A stretch of 61,617 nucleotides of DNA, filler included. It is 7 parts of 7 records of this genome, joined end to end, with 100 filler letters (N's around TTAATTAATTAA, not from the genome) between each part and the next. Parts side by side here need not be neighbours in the genome. Positions count along the whole stretch, not along the records: positions 45,861 to 53,216 come from SRR31156797_29359; positions 53,317 to 61,617 come from SRR31156797_29381; 5 more parts are not named here. One strand, given 5' to 3'. The position numbers were made by a program, and so were the translations under genes. This document shows, in pieces, positions 47,133 through 57,693 of this stretch (the stretch's first letter is position 1; each line of letters opens with the position of its first letter). The notes under the pieces were generated by a model. It was not told where the DNA came from, searched no databases, and worked only from the letters and a program-made list of their open reading frames with translations.

Positions 47133-49249
47133 CTCATCGACTGTTTTGGGTTGAGCAATCCAATGGTACGTCCTTTTCTGAAATCGAACGTATCGAAAAA
47201 AGCATTTTGTCTAAAAAGTTTCGGGAACACTATCGCCAATGTTGCTCGTGCATACCCTTCGGTGCGCCAGATTCGAACCTTTAGATCGAGAATGTCGCGC
47301 TTTTGTTTTTTAACGGCGTGAACTGTCAAAAGCGGGACCTGCAGCATCATCGTTTGAAGTATTCTGGCGGATCCTAACAGCACCAGACCCCACGTTCCCT
47401 TGTACTTATGGTCAAAGTCTTTGGCCTGGCCAATCCCGCCTGAGAGCGCCTCCCAACGAAAATACTGATTTGTCAATCGGTTCTCTTTGAAACGGTGATG
47501 GATCATTGCGAACGGCGTGTACCACATCGGAAATCCAGATCTTCGAGCCCGGATGAAAAGGTCATGATCGGAACCACCATCGCGCATATCTTCCTTAAAG
47601 GGCCCCAATCGGTTGAAGACTTCCCGTGATACCATGGCGTTGCAAGTTCCGGGCAAGCGGTGTTCGGTATAAGGATGAAAATCGGAATGGTAATTGACTT
47701 CGCGCAGCAGCTCACGGCAGTTTTTTCCAAACGTCGATTGTTTCTCCAATGGCAAATCCAAAACGACCTTTCCACCGACGATCGATGCATCTAACGTTTT
47801 CGCTGCGCACCACAATTCGTATAACCAATTGGCGTCCGCCAACTGGTCGTCGTCGAAAAAAGCAATCCATTTCCCTTTTGACTGTTTTATGCCGTGGTTT
47901 CTGGCTGGTGCATCACCTTTTACGTCATGGTACAAATAACGAACGGGAATCCCTGCATCTTCCGTGTAGCGGTTTACCACCTCCGCAGTATTGTCTGTTG
48001 AAGCATTATCAACGATAATAATTTCAACCTCAAAATGATCCCCCCTTTTTTGTTTGGTCAGGCTTTCAATCGCATCTTTTAGCCAGCTGGCTCTGTTGTA
48101 AGAGGGTACAATAACACTGATTAGATCCTTTTCACGTGTAGATGCTCGGGCAGCGTCGTACAAACATGGATCATCAAGTGTTTTCGGTCCTTCGAACCTT
48201 TCGGAATCTACCGGGGGGGATGAACTGGCCGGCGGTCTCAAAGTTTTATCCGTACCGGATAGAGAGGAGGACGGCCGGTGTGTTCGAAACAAACCCTGCC
48301 ATAGACGTGGAGCCCAGCTATACCAACCGTTTAGCTTGGCTTCGAGTGTGGCGGCAGTATCCCAGGGAAAAACGTTGAATCGTCCCCAGCCAAAGGGATC
48401 CAATTCTGGACCATTGGCATGACTTCCTGTGTTGAGGGCGCAGGTCACCCTGCACTTTTTGGCTGCATCCACAAGGTCGGGGGCTGCGAATCCAAGATTC
48501 GGGATTCCATAGGGAAAGGCGAACGGAAAATCCTTTGTATTGAAAATTTTTTCCAGTCGCTGGATCGAGGTCTCTAAATCGCGGATCAGGGCCTGTGGCC
48601 GATTTCGGAAATCTTCGTGGGAGTGCGTGTGAGAACCGAATTCCACCAAGCCGGTTGCCGCCATTTCAAGGCATTGTTGTTCCGTTAGTGAACGGTATGC
48701 CGTAAAGGGAACCTTTTTTTTATAGGCTACGCCCCAATCGTCAAAGGGCATTGGGCCGGAACGATCAAGATAGGCAGTATTTAAAAAAACGGTTGCCGGC
48801 AGATTGAATTCACGTAAAACAGGCCAAGCATGATGATAGACGCCGGCAAACCCATCATCGAAGGTAATGGTACTAACATAGGGGGGGATCGGAATTTTTT
48901 TGTTTTGCCAGTCAATCAATTTTCGTAGCGGCCAAAATACAAAACCACGTTGCAGAAGCCCAAAAAGTTGACGGCGAAATTGATCGGCAGAAACATTCAT
49001 GGTCGGGACGGGCACATTTTTAACCGGGGCACAAACCCGATGATACATCAAAATGCCAAAACCGGAGTCGGATTGAACTCCGTAGGTTTTGTTCAACGCA
49101 ACACTGATGTTCGCCGTGCCAATCAATGCGACTTGTTTACATTTTGCTTGAATCGACAACTCGGAGAACCCGGGGCCGAATTTTTGATTTTGCTCGGTAC
49201 AACTCGAATCGCAGGTTCGTTTCGCTGGGGATGTCAACAATGCAGTCAT
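47129..49249 (-). CDS. Polysaccharide deacetylase (NodB/CE4)-glycosyltransferase family 2 fusion
   Basis: ILMYHRV, TFDDG, GSHTHSH, FAFPYG; Ser/Pro linker; ISVIVPSYNR, VDNASTD, ARNHGI, FFDDD. Confidence 0.85.
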   Translation of the reverse strand: MTALLTSPAKRTCDSSCTEQNQKFGPGFSELSIQAKCKQVALIGTANISVALNKTYGVQSDSGFGILMYHRVCAPVKNVPVPTMNVSADQFRRQLFGLLQRGFVFWPLRKLIDWQNKKIPIPPYVSTITFDDGFAGVYHHAWPVLREFNLPATVFLNTAYLDRSGPMPFDDWGVAYKKKVPFTAYRSLTEQQCLEMAATGLVEFGSHTHSHEDFRNRPQALIRDLETSIQRLEKIFNTKDFPFAFPYGIPNLGFAAPDLVDAAKKCRVTCALNTGSHANGPELDPFGWGRFNVFPWDTAATLEAKLNGWYSWAPRLWQGLFRTHRPSSSLSGTDKTLRPPASSSPPVDSERFEGPKTLDDPCLYDAARASTREKDLISVIVPSYNRASWLKDAIESLTKQKRGDHFEVEIIIVDNASTDNTAEVVNRYTEDAGIPVRYLYHDVKGDAPARNHGIKQSKGKWIAFFDDDQLADANWLYELWCAAKTLDASIVGGKVVLDLPLEKQSTFGKNCRELLREVNYHSDFHPYTEHRLPGTCNAMVSREVFNRLGPFKEDMRDGGSDHDLFIRARRSGFPMWYTPFAMIHHRFKENRLTNQYFRWEALSGGIGQAKDFDHKYKGTWGLVLLGSARILQTMMLQVPLLTVHAVKKQKRDILDLKVRIWRTEGYARATLAIVFPKLFRQNAFFDTFDFRKGRTIGLLNPKQSMR

Positions 49250-50577
49250 GAAGGTACCTTTTTTGAAAAATCCTTCGGTTGGTTTTGAATCAGGGCTTGA
49301 ATCAATAGCGTATACGATAGAAAGGGAACGAAATCCGTCGGATCTGCAAATCCTGATTCGAAGAGCGCACCCACCAGTGCTATCATTGTTATGCCGATAG
49401 CAAAATTCGTCTCCGGCCTATCGATATCCATACATCGGCTCGTCAACGTAAGAACGGATAGGAACATGGCTGACAGATAGAAAACGGCACCGATCAAGCC
49501 GACATTGAGTATCAAATCAATGACCACCGAATGCGCATTGGGGATCATCCATTGAAAATCATGATAAAAATCGAAAATTCTGTTCGCCGTCCAAAACCCA
49601 TGATAACCGTAACCTAACCAGGGAGCCTCATAAATATAGGAGCCCAAGGTCTTCCATAACGGCAAGCGCCCATTGAAGGAGATCATTTCCGTCGATGCGA
49701 TGTCACGGCCCAGGTAGAGAGCCGTCTCGATGGGGTTTGAGGTGTTCAGCTGAAACAGCTGGGGCAGCAGCAAAGAAAGTCCCAAGAGCGTTGGTAGGGT
49801 GAAAAGCAGAAGCATCTTACCATTGAAAGAGCTTCTCAATACCAAAATTACCAACAAGGCCAGGCAGCAACTGAAAAATGCTGACCGGGATTTGGTCAGA
49901 AAAAGGAGCGACAGGCCAGCCGCCATCAGGATCCAAAACAGAATGTGCCGCTTGCCACCGTCTCGGGCCATGCAAAAGGACGCCATCACCAGTGCAGAAC
50001 AAACGGATCCCATGCTATTGGGGTGGAAGGTCCCGGCAAAGCGATAGTCTGAACCAAAGGGATTAAACGACTGGTAGACGATTTCAACCAGTATGCCTAC
50101 GCCGATGTGTACCAGACTGACGACCAGGGTAACATATAAGAGTTCCTCGAGTGACAGATGACGCAAAACTCCGATTATCGCGAGTACGCAAAAGAAAAAG
50201 ATGATCAGCCTGCGGACAGTTAACTCGGGTGCCTGGGACCAGAGCACGCTGGACGCGCACACCAGCATATAGGCGCAAAACAAGAAGATCGCCACATGGT
50301 GGTAGTTGTTGTCTGTCGAGCGAGAGATAAATATCAAGCAAATGCCCATCAATCCGATCGTCCCGTACGCAACTTTGCGGCCCATGGAGCCAGATCCAAC
50401 GTTTTCGACAACCTGGTCGGCGGAAATCATCCCTCCGTCGCTGAAGGAAAAATTCCAATTGCTGAGAAAAAAGGCCCAGGCGATGATGATTGATACGATG
50501 AGAATGACGGCCGTTTTTTCACCAGCGCTTTTTATTGGAATGGTTTGTGTTTGGTCTAAAGTTCCCAATGTCAACAC
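49246..50577 (-). CDS. O-antigen ligase / Wzy (ExoQ-like) polysaccharide polymerase
   Basis: Polytopic; RFAGTFHPN, LTKSRS, GRLPLW, PWLGYGY.GFW, PNAHS. Confidence 0.85.
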   Translation of the reverse strand: MLTLGTLDQTQTIPIKSAGEKTAVILIVSIIIAWAFFLSNWNFSFSDGGMISADQVVENVGSGSMGRKVAYGTIGLMGICLIFISRSTDNNYHHVAIFLFCAYMLVCASSVLWSQAPELTVRRLIIFFFCVLAIIGVLRHLSLEELLYVTLVVSLVHIGVGILVEIVYQSFNPFGSDYRFAGTFHPNSMGSVCSALVMASFCMARDGGKRHILFWILMAAGLSLLFLTKSRSAFFSCCLALLVILVLRSSFNGKMLLLFTLPTLLGLSLLLPQLFQLNTSNPIETALYLGRDIASTEMISFNGRLPLWKTLGSYIYEAPWLGYGYHGFWTANRIFDFYHDFQWMIPNAHSVVIDLILNVGLIGAVFYLSAMFLSVLTLTSRCMDIDRPETNFAIGITMIALVGALFESGFADPTDFVPFLSYTLLIQALIQNQPKDFSKKVPS

Positions 50578-50578
50578 T

Positions 50579-51955
50579 CTATCGCTTGATTTGTGAGGCC
50601 GGTTGCCGGTTTTTCGTCAATTTTATCCATACATGGATAACAATGGCCCATCTGGCCAGAGCATTCGAACCAAAGCCGATCAGACGCGCCAAAGAAGCAC
50701 CAAGAACGCCATATTCCGGAATCATGACCAGCGCCATGCCCAGTGTGACCACCGCTGTAATCACATCGGCAGGTAAATTCAATCGTGGTCTGTCGATGGC
50801 CAGAAGTGCCTTGCCGGCAACAATGGCGAAGCTAATGGCCAGCATACCAGCGGCCTCGATTGTGCAGATCAAGCCCATATCGGTAAAGTTTTCCCCATAG
50901 ATCAAGACGCCAAGCCAATCACCGAAGAAGAATACGCCGATACAAAAAGTTCCCAGAATAAGGGTAAACAAAAAAAGGGTTTTCCGGCAGACGCGGCGCA
51001 GCCCCACGAGCCCTTCTTTGGCAAAGACGTCCGCCATCTTTGGGGTCATCACGTTGGTAATGGCCGTTGTAAACATCATCGACAGGCCGATCAGGGATAC
51101 ACATGCGGATAATTTTCCGGCGTCGGCTTCGGTTCTCAACCAGGCAATAATCCAGATGGAATAAAATGGCGTTGTGCTACAGATGATATGGGATATCAAA
51201 ACCCAGCGGCTGAAATTCCAATTTTTTTTCCAATCAAGAAGAACCTGCTGCCATTGGATTTTAACGCGGGGTTTTGCAGCAACCCACCATATGCTTACAC
51301 CACATAGGCTCGCAAAACCAATTACGGTGAAGGTATGCGAAAGTTCCAACCCAATTGTGTGGGCAATCCAGTAAAAACCGAGAAGTTGAATGGTCATCAC
51401 CGCCAAATCGGCCATGGTGATCGCGCTGAAAAGGATTTGCGAAAAGGCCAACTGCCGGCTGAATTCGCGCGCCAGAACAAAAGGGATAATTCCTGCCAGG
51501 ATCGGCATCACGGATTGCAATGACGGAGGAAGATAGGTTTTGATAGGCGTAAAACCAACAAAACCGACAAGGATGGTAAACCCCACCAGGCAGGCCGCCT
51601 GATGGATCAGAATGCTTCCGGTATAACGGTCTAATTGTTCGTTACTCATCCGAAATCGATAAATCGTATACGGTGCAGTTACCAGTTCACCTTGAAGACC
51701 GTGTAGAAGGACAATGATGGACATGCCCAGATGATAAGCACCCAGTTCGGAGAGTTGGCAATAACGGGCCACGAGAACAGTTGATAAGAACCCTGTGGCG
51801 CTGACGCTGACTTGATCTATGATCGACAGTGCACTTTTGGCAACCATGCTATCCAGAAGGGTTGACCTGCCGTGAAACCACTTTGTCAACACGGGCGATG
51901 GTCCGGATTTGAAGCGATACAGATGACGGTATAATTTTTTGGATTGGCTAAGCAT
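50579..51955 (-). CDS. Wzx-type polysaccharide flippase
   Basis: About 12 TM; SIIDQ..VSATGF...LVAR, PEYGVLGA; polysaccharide operon context. Confidence 0.82.
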   Translation of the reverse strand: MLSQSKKLYRHLYRFKSGPSPVLTKWFHGRSTLLDSMVAKSALSIIDQVSVSATGFLSTVLVARYCQLSELGAYHLGMSIIVLLHGLQGELVTAPYTIYRFRMSNEQLDRYTGSILIHQAACLVGFTILVGFVGFTPIKTYLPPSLQSVMPILAGIIPFVLAREFSRQLAFSQILFSAITMADLAVMTIQLLGFYWIAHTIGLELSHTFTVIGFASLCGVSIWWVAAKPRVKIQWQQVLLDWKKNWNFSRWVLISHIICSTTPFYSIWIIAWLRTEADAGKLSACVSLIGLSMMFTTAITNVMTPKMADVFAKEGLVGLRRVCRKTLFLFTLILGTFCIGVFFFGDWLGVLIYGENFTDMGLICTIEAAGMLAISFAIVAGKALLAIDRPRLNLPADVITAVVTLGMALVMIPEYGVLGASLARLIGFGSNALARWAIVIHVWIKLTKNRQPASQIKR

Positions 51956-53216
51956 TTAAATCATTACTTTTATGTGTATGGTGCCGGGACGATCCAATTT
52001 AAAATTTCTGCCATTCGTACCGGCTCGCAAGGTATAGTCGCCCAAAAAGCCTTTGAATTGGATAGATCCGGTTTCATCGGTGGTCAGCCGTTGGGTTGGT
52101 GTCCACCACTTTTGTTTAATCAAGCGTTTCAGTGCATGGTAAGCAGGCTTAGGCGTCATATCTTTTCTTAACAGTCCCGCCGGGGCAGCCTGCCAGGCCC
52201 CATTGTCAGACAGATCCCACCATGAGATCGCGGTAACTGCAGGATGGGAAAATAAGGTCCGATATAACTCAACCACTTGCAGCGCCTGTCGCTTTTCTCC
52301 CTCCCGGGTCGTTTTCCAGCCATCTACTTCGTTTACATGATCCCAGGTTTTTAACCGACCTGACACGATGGTTGTTTCGGTCCAATGGAGGGCTTTCTTG
52401 AACTTTTTGAAATCTTCGCAGACCTTCCATGTCTTTTTTTTGCCCCAATAACCTGCATGCATATGGGCTTGAATACCAATCGCATCGATGGGGACATTTT
52501 TCCCAAGAGAGCTGGAGATCAGGTGTCGGTAGCGGCGGTCCAGTTGGTAATCATTCAGGACCAGGGTCGCATCGGGATTGGCCTCGTGGGCAAGTTTGAA
52601 CGCCGTCGCTATAAACGTCTCGATTCCGATTCGGGCACTGAGGCGCCCGATCGGTTCCGGGCGATCAGGCATGGTCACAGCCTCGTTGACGACATCCCAA
52701 AAGTCGATCAGGTTTTTGAAGGTGTCGACTTCTCTGGTAATTCGGATCCGCTGCCGTTGGAACAGCGCTTCAGGGTCTATGGATGCCTGCCACGGGGAAA
52801 CGGCCTCATGCCAAACCAGTGGGTGCCCTTTGGCTTGGATCCCCTGGGCTCGGCACCACATTGCCATCTCCATTAATCGGCCGACTTGGGGTTCATCTTG
52901 TGCGTATTCGTAGTGTCCCCAATAAAAAGGTAGTGTTGCCAGATTGAACAAGTCGATGAATCGCTGCCGGTATTGTTGTTCGCGATCCGAGTTTTGCAAT
53001 TCGTTGAATCGGTAAAGATTACATCCGAATAAAAATTGATGCTGCTTCATTTTGATGACAACGTCGGTATCAACCATCGGCCGCCCCGAAGAATCGCAAA
53101 TTGTAATCGCAGCCTCCGCAGTCCGATGTGTTTCGATTCTTTGTTCAATGGTATGGGACTGTGACGCCAGACCCACGTGAGGCCTCAAAATACCACTGGA
53201 AAAGATGGCAAATAGT
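51956..53216 (-). CDS. Glycoside hydrolase family 10 (5'-truncated, signal peptide at the contig edge)
   Basis: KGHPLVWH, WDVVNE (acid/base), GIQAHMH, HWTE (nucleophile), PKPAY; frame open upstream (LFAIFSSGIL). Confidence 0.88.
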
Positions 53217-53316
53217 NNNNNNNNNNNNNNNNNNNNNNNNNNNNNNNNNNNNNNNNNNNNTTAATTAATTAANNNNNNNNNNNNNNNNNNNNNNNNNNNN
53301 NNNNNNNNNNNNNNNN
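53217..53316. other. Artificial contig spacer
   Basis: N44-TTAATTAATTAA-N44. Confidence 0.98.
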
Positions 53317-53381
53317 GCTCGAAAAATTATAAAAATCAGAGATTTTATATTTTTCGGCATGTGAATATTTAATAAAATAAA

Positions 53382-56300
53382 TTAAGCAACAGTATCCGTT
53401 TTTCTGCGTTTTTCCATCCAGTTGTAAATAGTTGGCAACACAAACAACGTTAACAATGTTGACGTAACCAAACCGCCAATTACCACAGTTGCCAATGGTC
53501 GTTGCACTTCTGACCCCGGGCCGGTATTGAATGCCATTGGTATAAATCCTAAACTGGCAACCAGTGCTGTCATTAATACTGGGCGCAATCTATCTACTGA
53601 ACCTTCAATTACAGCTTTATTTAAAGACCACCCTTCTTTGCGCATCTGATTAATATGGTCTACCAATACAATTCCATTTAAAACAGCAACACCAAAAAGA
53701 GCTACAAAACCAATACTGGCCGATACTGATAGATACATGTCACGAATCCACAAAAAGAACACACCTCCCGAAAGAGCAAATGGCAGGTTAAGTAAAATGA
53801 GCAATGCAAAACGCATATGTCCAAAGTTTAAATAAAGCAGACCAAGAATGATAAATAATGATAATGGTACAACTAAAAGTAAATGATTCATAGCTCTTTG
53901 CTGATTTTCAAAAGTACCGCCGTACTCCAAAAAGTATCCTGGAGGTACTGCAGCCTGTTCATCGATAGCTTTTTGAAGATTATCCACATAAGTTCCCATA
54001 TCGATTTCCTCAATATTGATACCTACTATAAGTCGTCGCCAACCATTTTCGCGCTGTATTTCACGGGGACCTTCTTGTGCTTGAATTTTTGTAACTCGCT
54101 TAATTGGAATGAAGTCTCCATTAGGTAACTGAATAGGAATCTCCATTATTTTTTCAAATTTATCGCGCAACTGCTCCGGGTAGCGCACCATGATATCAAA
54201 ACGGCGTTGTCCCTCAAAAACCTGTCCGGCTGATTGCCCACCAATTCCAGCTTCAATTACTTTTTGTACAGTATTTACATTTAGACCAAAAGAAGCAATG
54301 GCTTCACGGTCAGCTACAAGATTCAAATATGGTTGCCCAATGGGTTCTTCCACATAAAAATTATCTGTCCCTTCAAGGCTGCGAATAATATCAGAAAGGT
54401 TATTTCCAACATCACTAAGCACCTGTAAATCCTCACCATATACCTTTATGGCTAAATCAGATTTCACACCACTTGTTAGCTCATCAACACGCATGGCAAT
54501 AGGTTGCGTAAAATTATAGGCTAAACCAGGCTCGGTTTGAAGAAATGGTTCTATCTCTTCCGCAATTTTTTGCTTGGTCATTCCACTACGCCATTCACTT
54601 TCAGGCTTTAGCAATACCCATACATCTGTTTGATGCACACCCATCCAGTCATTGGCAAGGTCAGAGCGTCCTGTTTTAGGCACAACAGTCTCTATTTCAG
54701 GAATATTAGCCATGAGCTGTCCGGCAAACCAATCGGCATTTTCCATAGATTCTTCAAGCGTAACCGAAGGCATTCGTATTTGCTCTACCAAAATACTTCC
54801 CTCATCCAATTCAGGTAAAAATTCGCTTCCAAGGCGAAACATAATAACCATAGAAAAAGCAAAAATCACAAGGGCCGTTGAAATAACAATTAGCTTACGT
54901 TCAAGGTATTTTTCAAGGAAATATTGATATTTTGGTCTTAGCCAGGCAATGATTCTGTTTTTTCTGCTTTTCACACCTTTTCTGAACACAATAGCTGAAA
55001 TAGCCGGCACATATACTAAAGCCAAAAGTAGTGAACCAAATACGGCTGCAGCTACTGTTATTGCCATTGGACGATATAATACGCCTTCCATACCCTCAAA
55101 CGTCATAATGGGTACATATACCATCAAAATAATTAGTACGCCAAAAAAGATCGGTCTAACTACCTGCTTGGCGGCTTTTTCTACTGTGTCGTTTATATCT
55201 TTATCTTCTTCAGGCCTTTTTTGCCTCCTATTTACAATATTTTCAACCATAACGACTGATCCATCTACCACCATCCCAAAGTCAATGGCTCCCAAACTCA
55301 TAAGGTTGGCAGCCAAACCAAAATATTGCATACCTATGAATGCAAAAAGCATAGATAATGGAATAACCAAAGCCACAATGAGTGCTCCGGTAATTTCACC
55401 CAACAAAAGCAACAAAATTACGACTACTAAAAATCCACCCTCCACCAGATTAGTTGAGATAGTTCCTGTTGTTCGGTCAATGAGATCTGATTGGTCGTAG
55501 AACTTCTCAATTTCTACACCTTCTGGCAGGCTTTTATTGACCATAGCAATTTTCTCTTCGATATTACCAATAACCTTTCGACCATTTCCGCCACGCAACA
55601 TCATCACAATTCCTGTTACAACTTCACCTTTTCCGTCTCTGGTAACACCACCCTGCCGTATTTGTCTTCCCAACTCAACATCTGCCACATCTCGAATATA
55701 AATCGGTTTATTATTTATGCGGGATACAATAATGTTCTTAATATCATCGGCTTTACTAATTTGACCAAAACCCCGAACAATATACTGTTCACGATTATGT
55801 TCCAGATAATTTCCACCTGACACACTATTGTTTTGTTCAATCGCTTCCGTAACGTCCATTAAACCAATTCCATAGTTACGGAGCTTTCCAGGCTGAATAA
55901 TTACGTCATACTGTTTTACATAACCTCCGAATGAATTTATTTCGGTAACTCCTTTTATGGTTTTAAGCTGGGGCGCAATAAGCCAATCCTGTATTTCGCG
56001 CAACTCCGTCAAACTATGTTTTTCGCTCTTAACCACATATTGATATATTTCACCGAGCGCAGTCGAGATAGGACCCAACTGTGGTGTTGAAACTCCCTGT
56101 GGCAACTCATCCTGAACAGTTTGCAAACGCTGACTTACCATTTGACGTGCAAAATATATATCTGTTCCCTCTTCAAATTCAACCGTTACAGCTGATAATC
56201 CAAACTGCGAAATAGAACGCACCTCTTTTATATCAGGTAGCCCATTCATGGTTGTTTCAATGGGGTAACTTACCAGCTTCTCTACATCATAGGGAGAATA

Positions 56301-56465
56301 ACGTCCTGCTTTAGTAATAACCAATACTTGAACAGGAGTTACATCAGGTAATGAATTGATTGGTATTTTTAAAAGTGCTGATACACCTCCCACAGCCATA
56401 AGTACCACAAGAGATAATGCAACAAATTTTTGACGAACACTAAAATGAATGATTCTATCGAACAT
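53382..56465 (-). CDS. CzcA/CusA-family heavy-metal RND efflux transporter
   Basis: PDVTPVQV, ANLMSLGAIDFGMVVDG, GSEFLPELDEG, GVAVLNG, RLRPVLMTA, GSEVQRPLATVVIGG. Confidence 0.95.
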   Translation of the reverse strand: MFDRIIHFSVRQKFVALSLVVLMAVGGVSALLKIPINSLPDVTPVQVLVITKAGRYSPYDVEKLVSYPIETTMNGLPDIKEVRSISQFGLSAVTVEFEEGTDIYFARQMVSQRLQTVQDELPQGVSTPQLGPISTALGEIYQYVVKSEKHSLTELREIQDWLIAPQLKTIKGVTEINSFGGYVKQYDVIIQPGKLRNYGIGLMDVTEAIEQNNSVSGGNYLEHNREQYIVRGFGQISKADDIKNIIVSRINNKPIYIRDVADVELGRQIRQGGVTRDGKGEVVTGIVMMLRGGNGRKVIGNIEEKIAMVNKSLPEGVEIEKFYDQSDLIDRTTGTISTNLVEGGFLVVVILLLLLGEITGALIVALVIPLSMLFAFIGMQYFGLAANLMSLGAIDFGMVVDGSVVMVENIVNRRQKRPEEDKDINDTVEKAAKQVVRPIFFGVLIILMVYVPIMTFEGMEGVLYRPMAITVAAAVFGSLLLALVYVPAISAIVFRKGVKSRKNRIIAWLRPKYQYFLEKYLERKLIVISTALVIFAFSMVIMFRLGSEFLPELDEGSILVEQIRMPSVTLEESMENADWFAGQLMANIPEIETVVPKTGRSDLANDWMGVHQTDVWVLLKPESEWRSGMTKQKIAEEIEPFLQTEPGLAYNFTQPIAMRVDELTSGVKSDLAIKVYGEDLQVLSDVGNNLSDIIRSLEGTDNFYVEEPIGQPYLNLVADREAIASFGLNVNTVQKVIEAGIGGQSAGQVFEGQRRFDIMVRYPEQLRDKFEKIMEIPIQLPNGDFIPIKRVTKIQAQEGPREIQRENGWRRLIVGINIEEIDMGTYVDNLQKAIDEQAAVPPGYFLEYGGTFENQQRAMNHLLLVVPLSLFIILGLLYLNFGHMRFALLILLNLPFALSGGVFFLWIRDMYLSVSASIGFVALFGVAVLNGIVLVDHINQMRKEGWSLNKAVIEGSVDRLRPVLMTALVASLGFIPMAFNTGPGSEVQRPLATVVIGGLVTSTLLTLFVLPTIYNWMEKRRKTDTVA

Positions 56466-56497
56466 ATCTTTTGAATTAGGATCTTATAATGAATGAA

Positions 56498-57676
56498 TTA
56501 CTCTGCAAACTTCTCATAACGAGACAGTGCCTTTAATGTAAAAATCTGTGTCACTGCCACTTGCTCTCCTGTTTTGAGCCCTTGCTGCACAATGGCATAT
56601 TTTGCTTTTAACTCACTTAGTTCCAATACTCGTTTTTCGTATTTACTTTCACTGTGCTTGACAAAAACAACAGGTTTTTCTCCATCATAGGTTACTGCCG
56701 ACATTGGCACCATAATTACCGGAACAGGAGTTTTGGTTTCAATTTCAACACGAGCGCTTGACCCTGGGAACGGCCATGATCCATCAACTTTCAAAGGGAT
56801 ATTTGCCACAACAGATCGGTTTGTTTCGTCCAACCCTGGATTGATGCTAGAAATTTTTCCGAGAATTTGCATGTTTTCTCTATCACGACGCATAATTGTT
56901 GCCTTATCACCGTTTTGCACAAACTGTCCATCTTCTGGTGAAAGATAAGCCCTCACAATAACATGCTTTGGATTAATAATTCGAGACAACATTTCATAGG
57001 CATTCACCGCTTCTCCTTTTTCAACTTTACGTTGATCAATTCGTCCACTAATGGATGCATAAATATTAAGTAGTGGTGTGATTTTCTGATCCGGTTGCAT
57101 TTTTTCAATATCATTATCCGCCACACCAATTGCCTTCAGCTTGGAATATGCAGCATTCACTGAAGCAGTGGCTCTTTGATAATCAGCACGAGATTTTTCT
57201 AAATCACTGGCTGAATTAATATTCTTTTCAACCAACTTCTCCATTCGCTCCAGACGACTTGCCTGATACTTTTCTTCTGATTTTGCCTGCACATATTCAG
57301 CAACCAAAGTTCCATAAGTTAAACTTTCCATCTGAAATATAATCTGCCCTCTTTTAACAAAATCTCCTTCGAAAGCCAGAATATTAGCAACCCTACCCTC
57401 TATTGGGGCACTTATTATACTTGAATATTGCGGATGTGGTTGAACCATTCCCGGAGCAACAATTTTGAAATTTGAAATTTCACTTTCAACCGTCTCAAAT
57501 TCAATATGTAGCTCTTTAATTTCTTTATCTGACAATTGTATGAAATTAGCTGAAACATCTTCCTTTTGAAGAGATGGAGGCGTGCCTACTTCAGGATTAT
57601 TAGCATTGTCTTTTTCAGATTGACATCCGGTCAATACTAAAATCAGCGTAATGATTAAGGGTAAATATTTTTGCAT
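56498..57676 (-). CDS. RND periplasmic adaptor (MFP) lipoprotein
   Basis: Lipobox LTGC; APIEGRV...EGD.VKRGQ, helical hairpin, GLKTGEQV. Confidence 0.92.
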   Translation of the reverse strand: MQKYLPLIITLILVLTGCQSEKDNANNPEVGTPPSLQKEDVSANFIQLSDKEIKELHIEFETVESEISNFKIVAPGMVQPHPQYSSIISAPIEGRVANILAFEGDFVKRGQIIFQMESLTYGTLVAEYVQAKSEEKYQASRLERMEKLVEKNINSASDLEKSRADYQRATASVNAAYSKLKAIGVADNDIEKMQPDQKITPLLNIYASISGRIDQRKVEKGEAVNAYEMLSRIINPKHVIVRAYLSPEDGQFVQNGDKATIMRRDRENMQILGKISSINPGLDETNRSVVANIPLKVDGSWPFPGSSARVEIETKTPVPVIMVPMSAVTYDGEKPVVFVKHSESKYEKRVLELSELKAKYAIVQQGLKTGEQVAVTQIFTLKALSRYEKFAE

Positions 57677-57693
57677 AATGTGAGCATTTCTGA

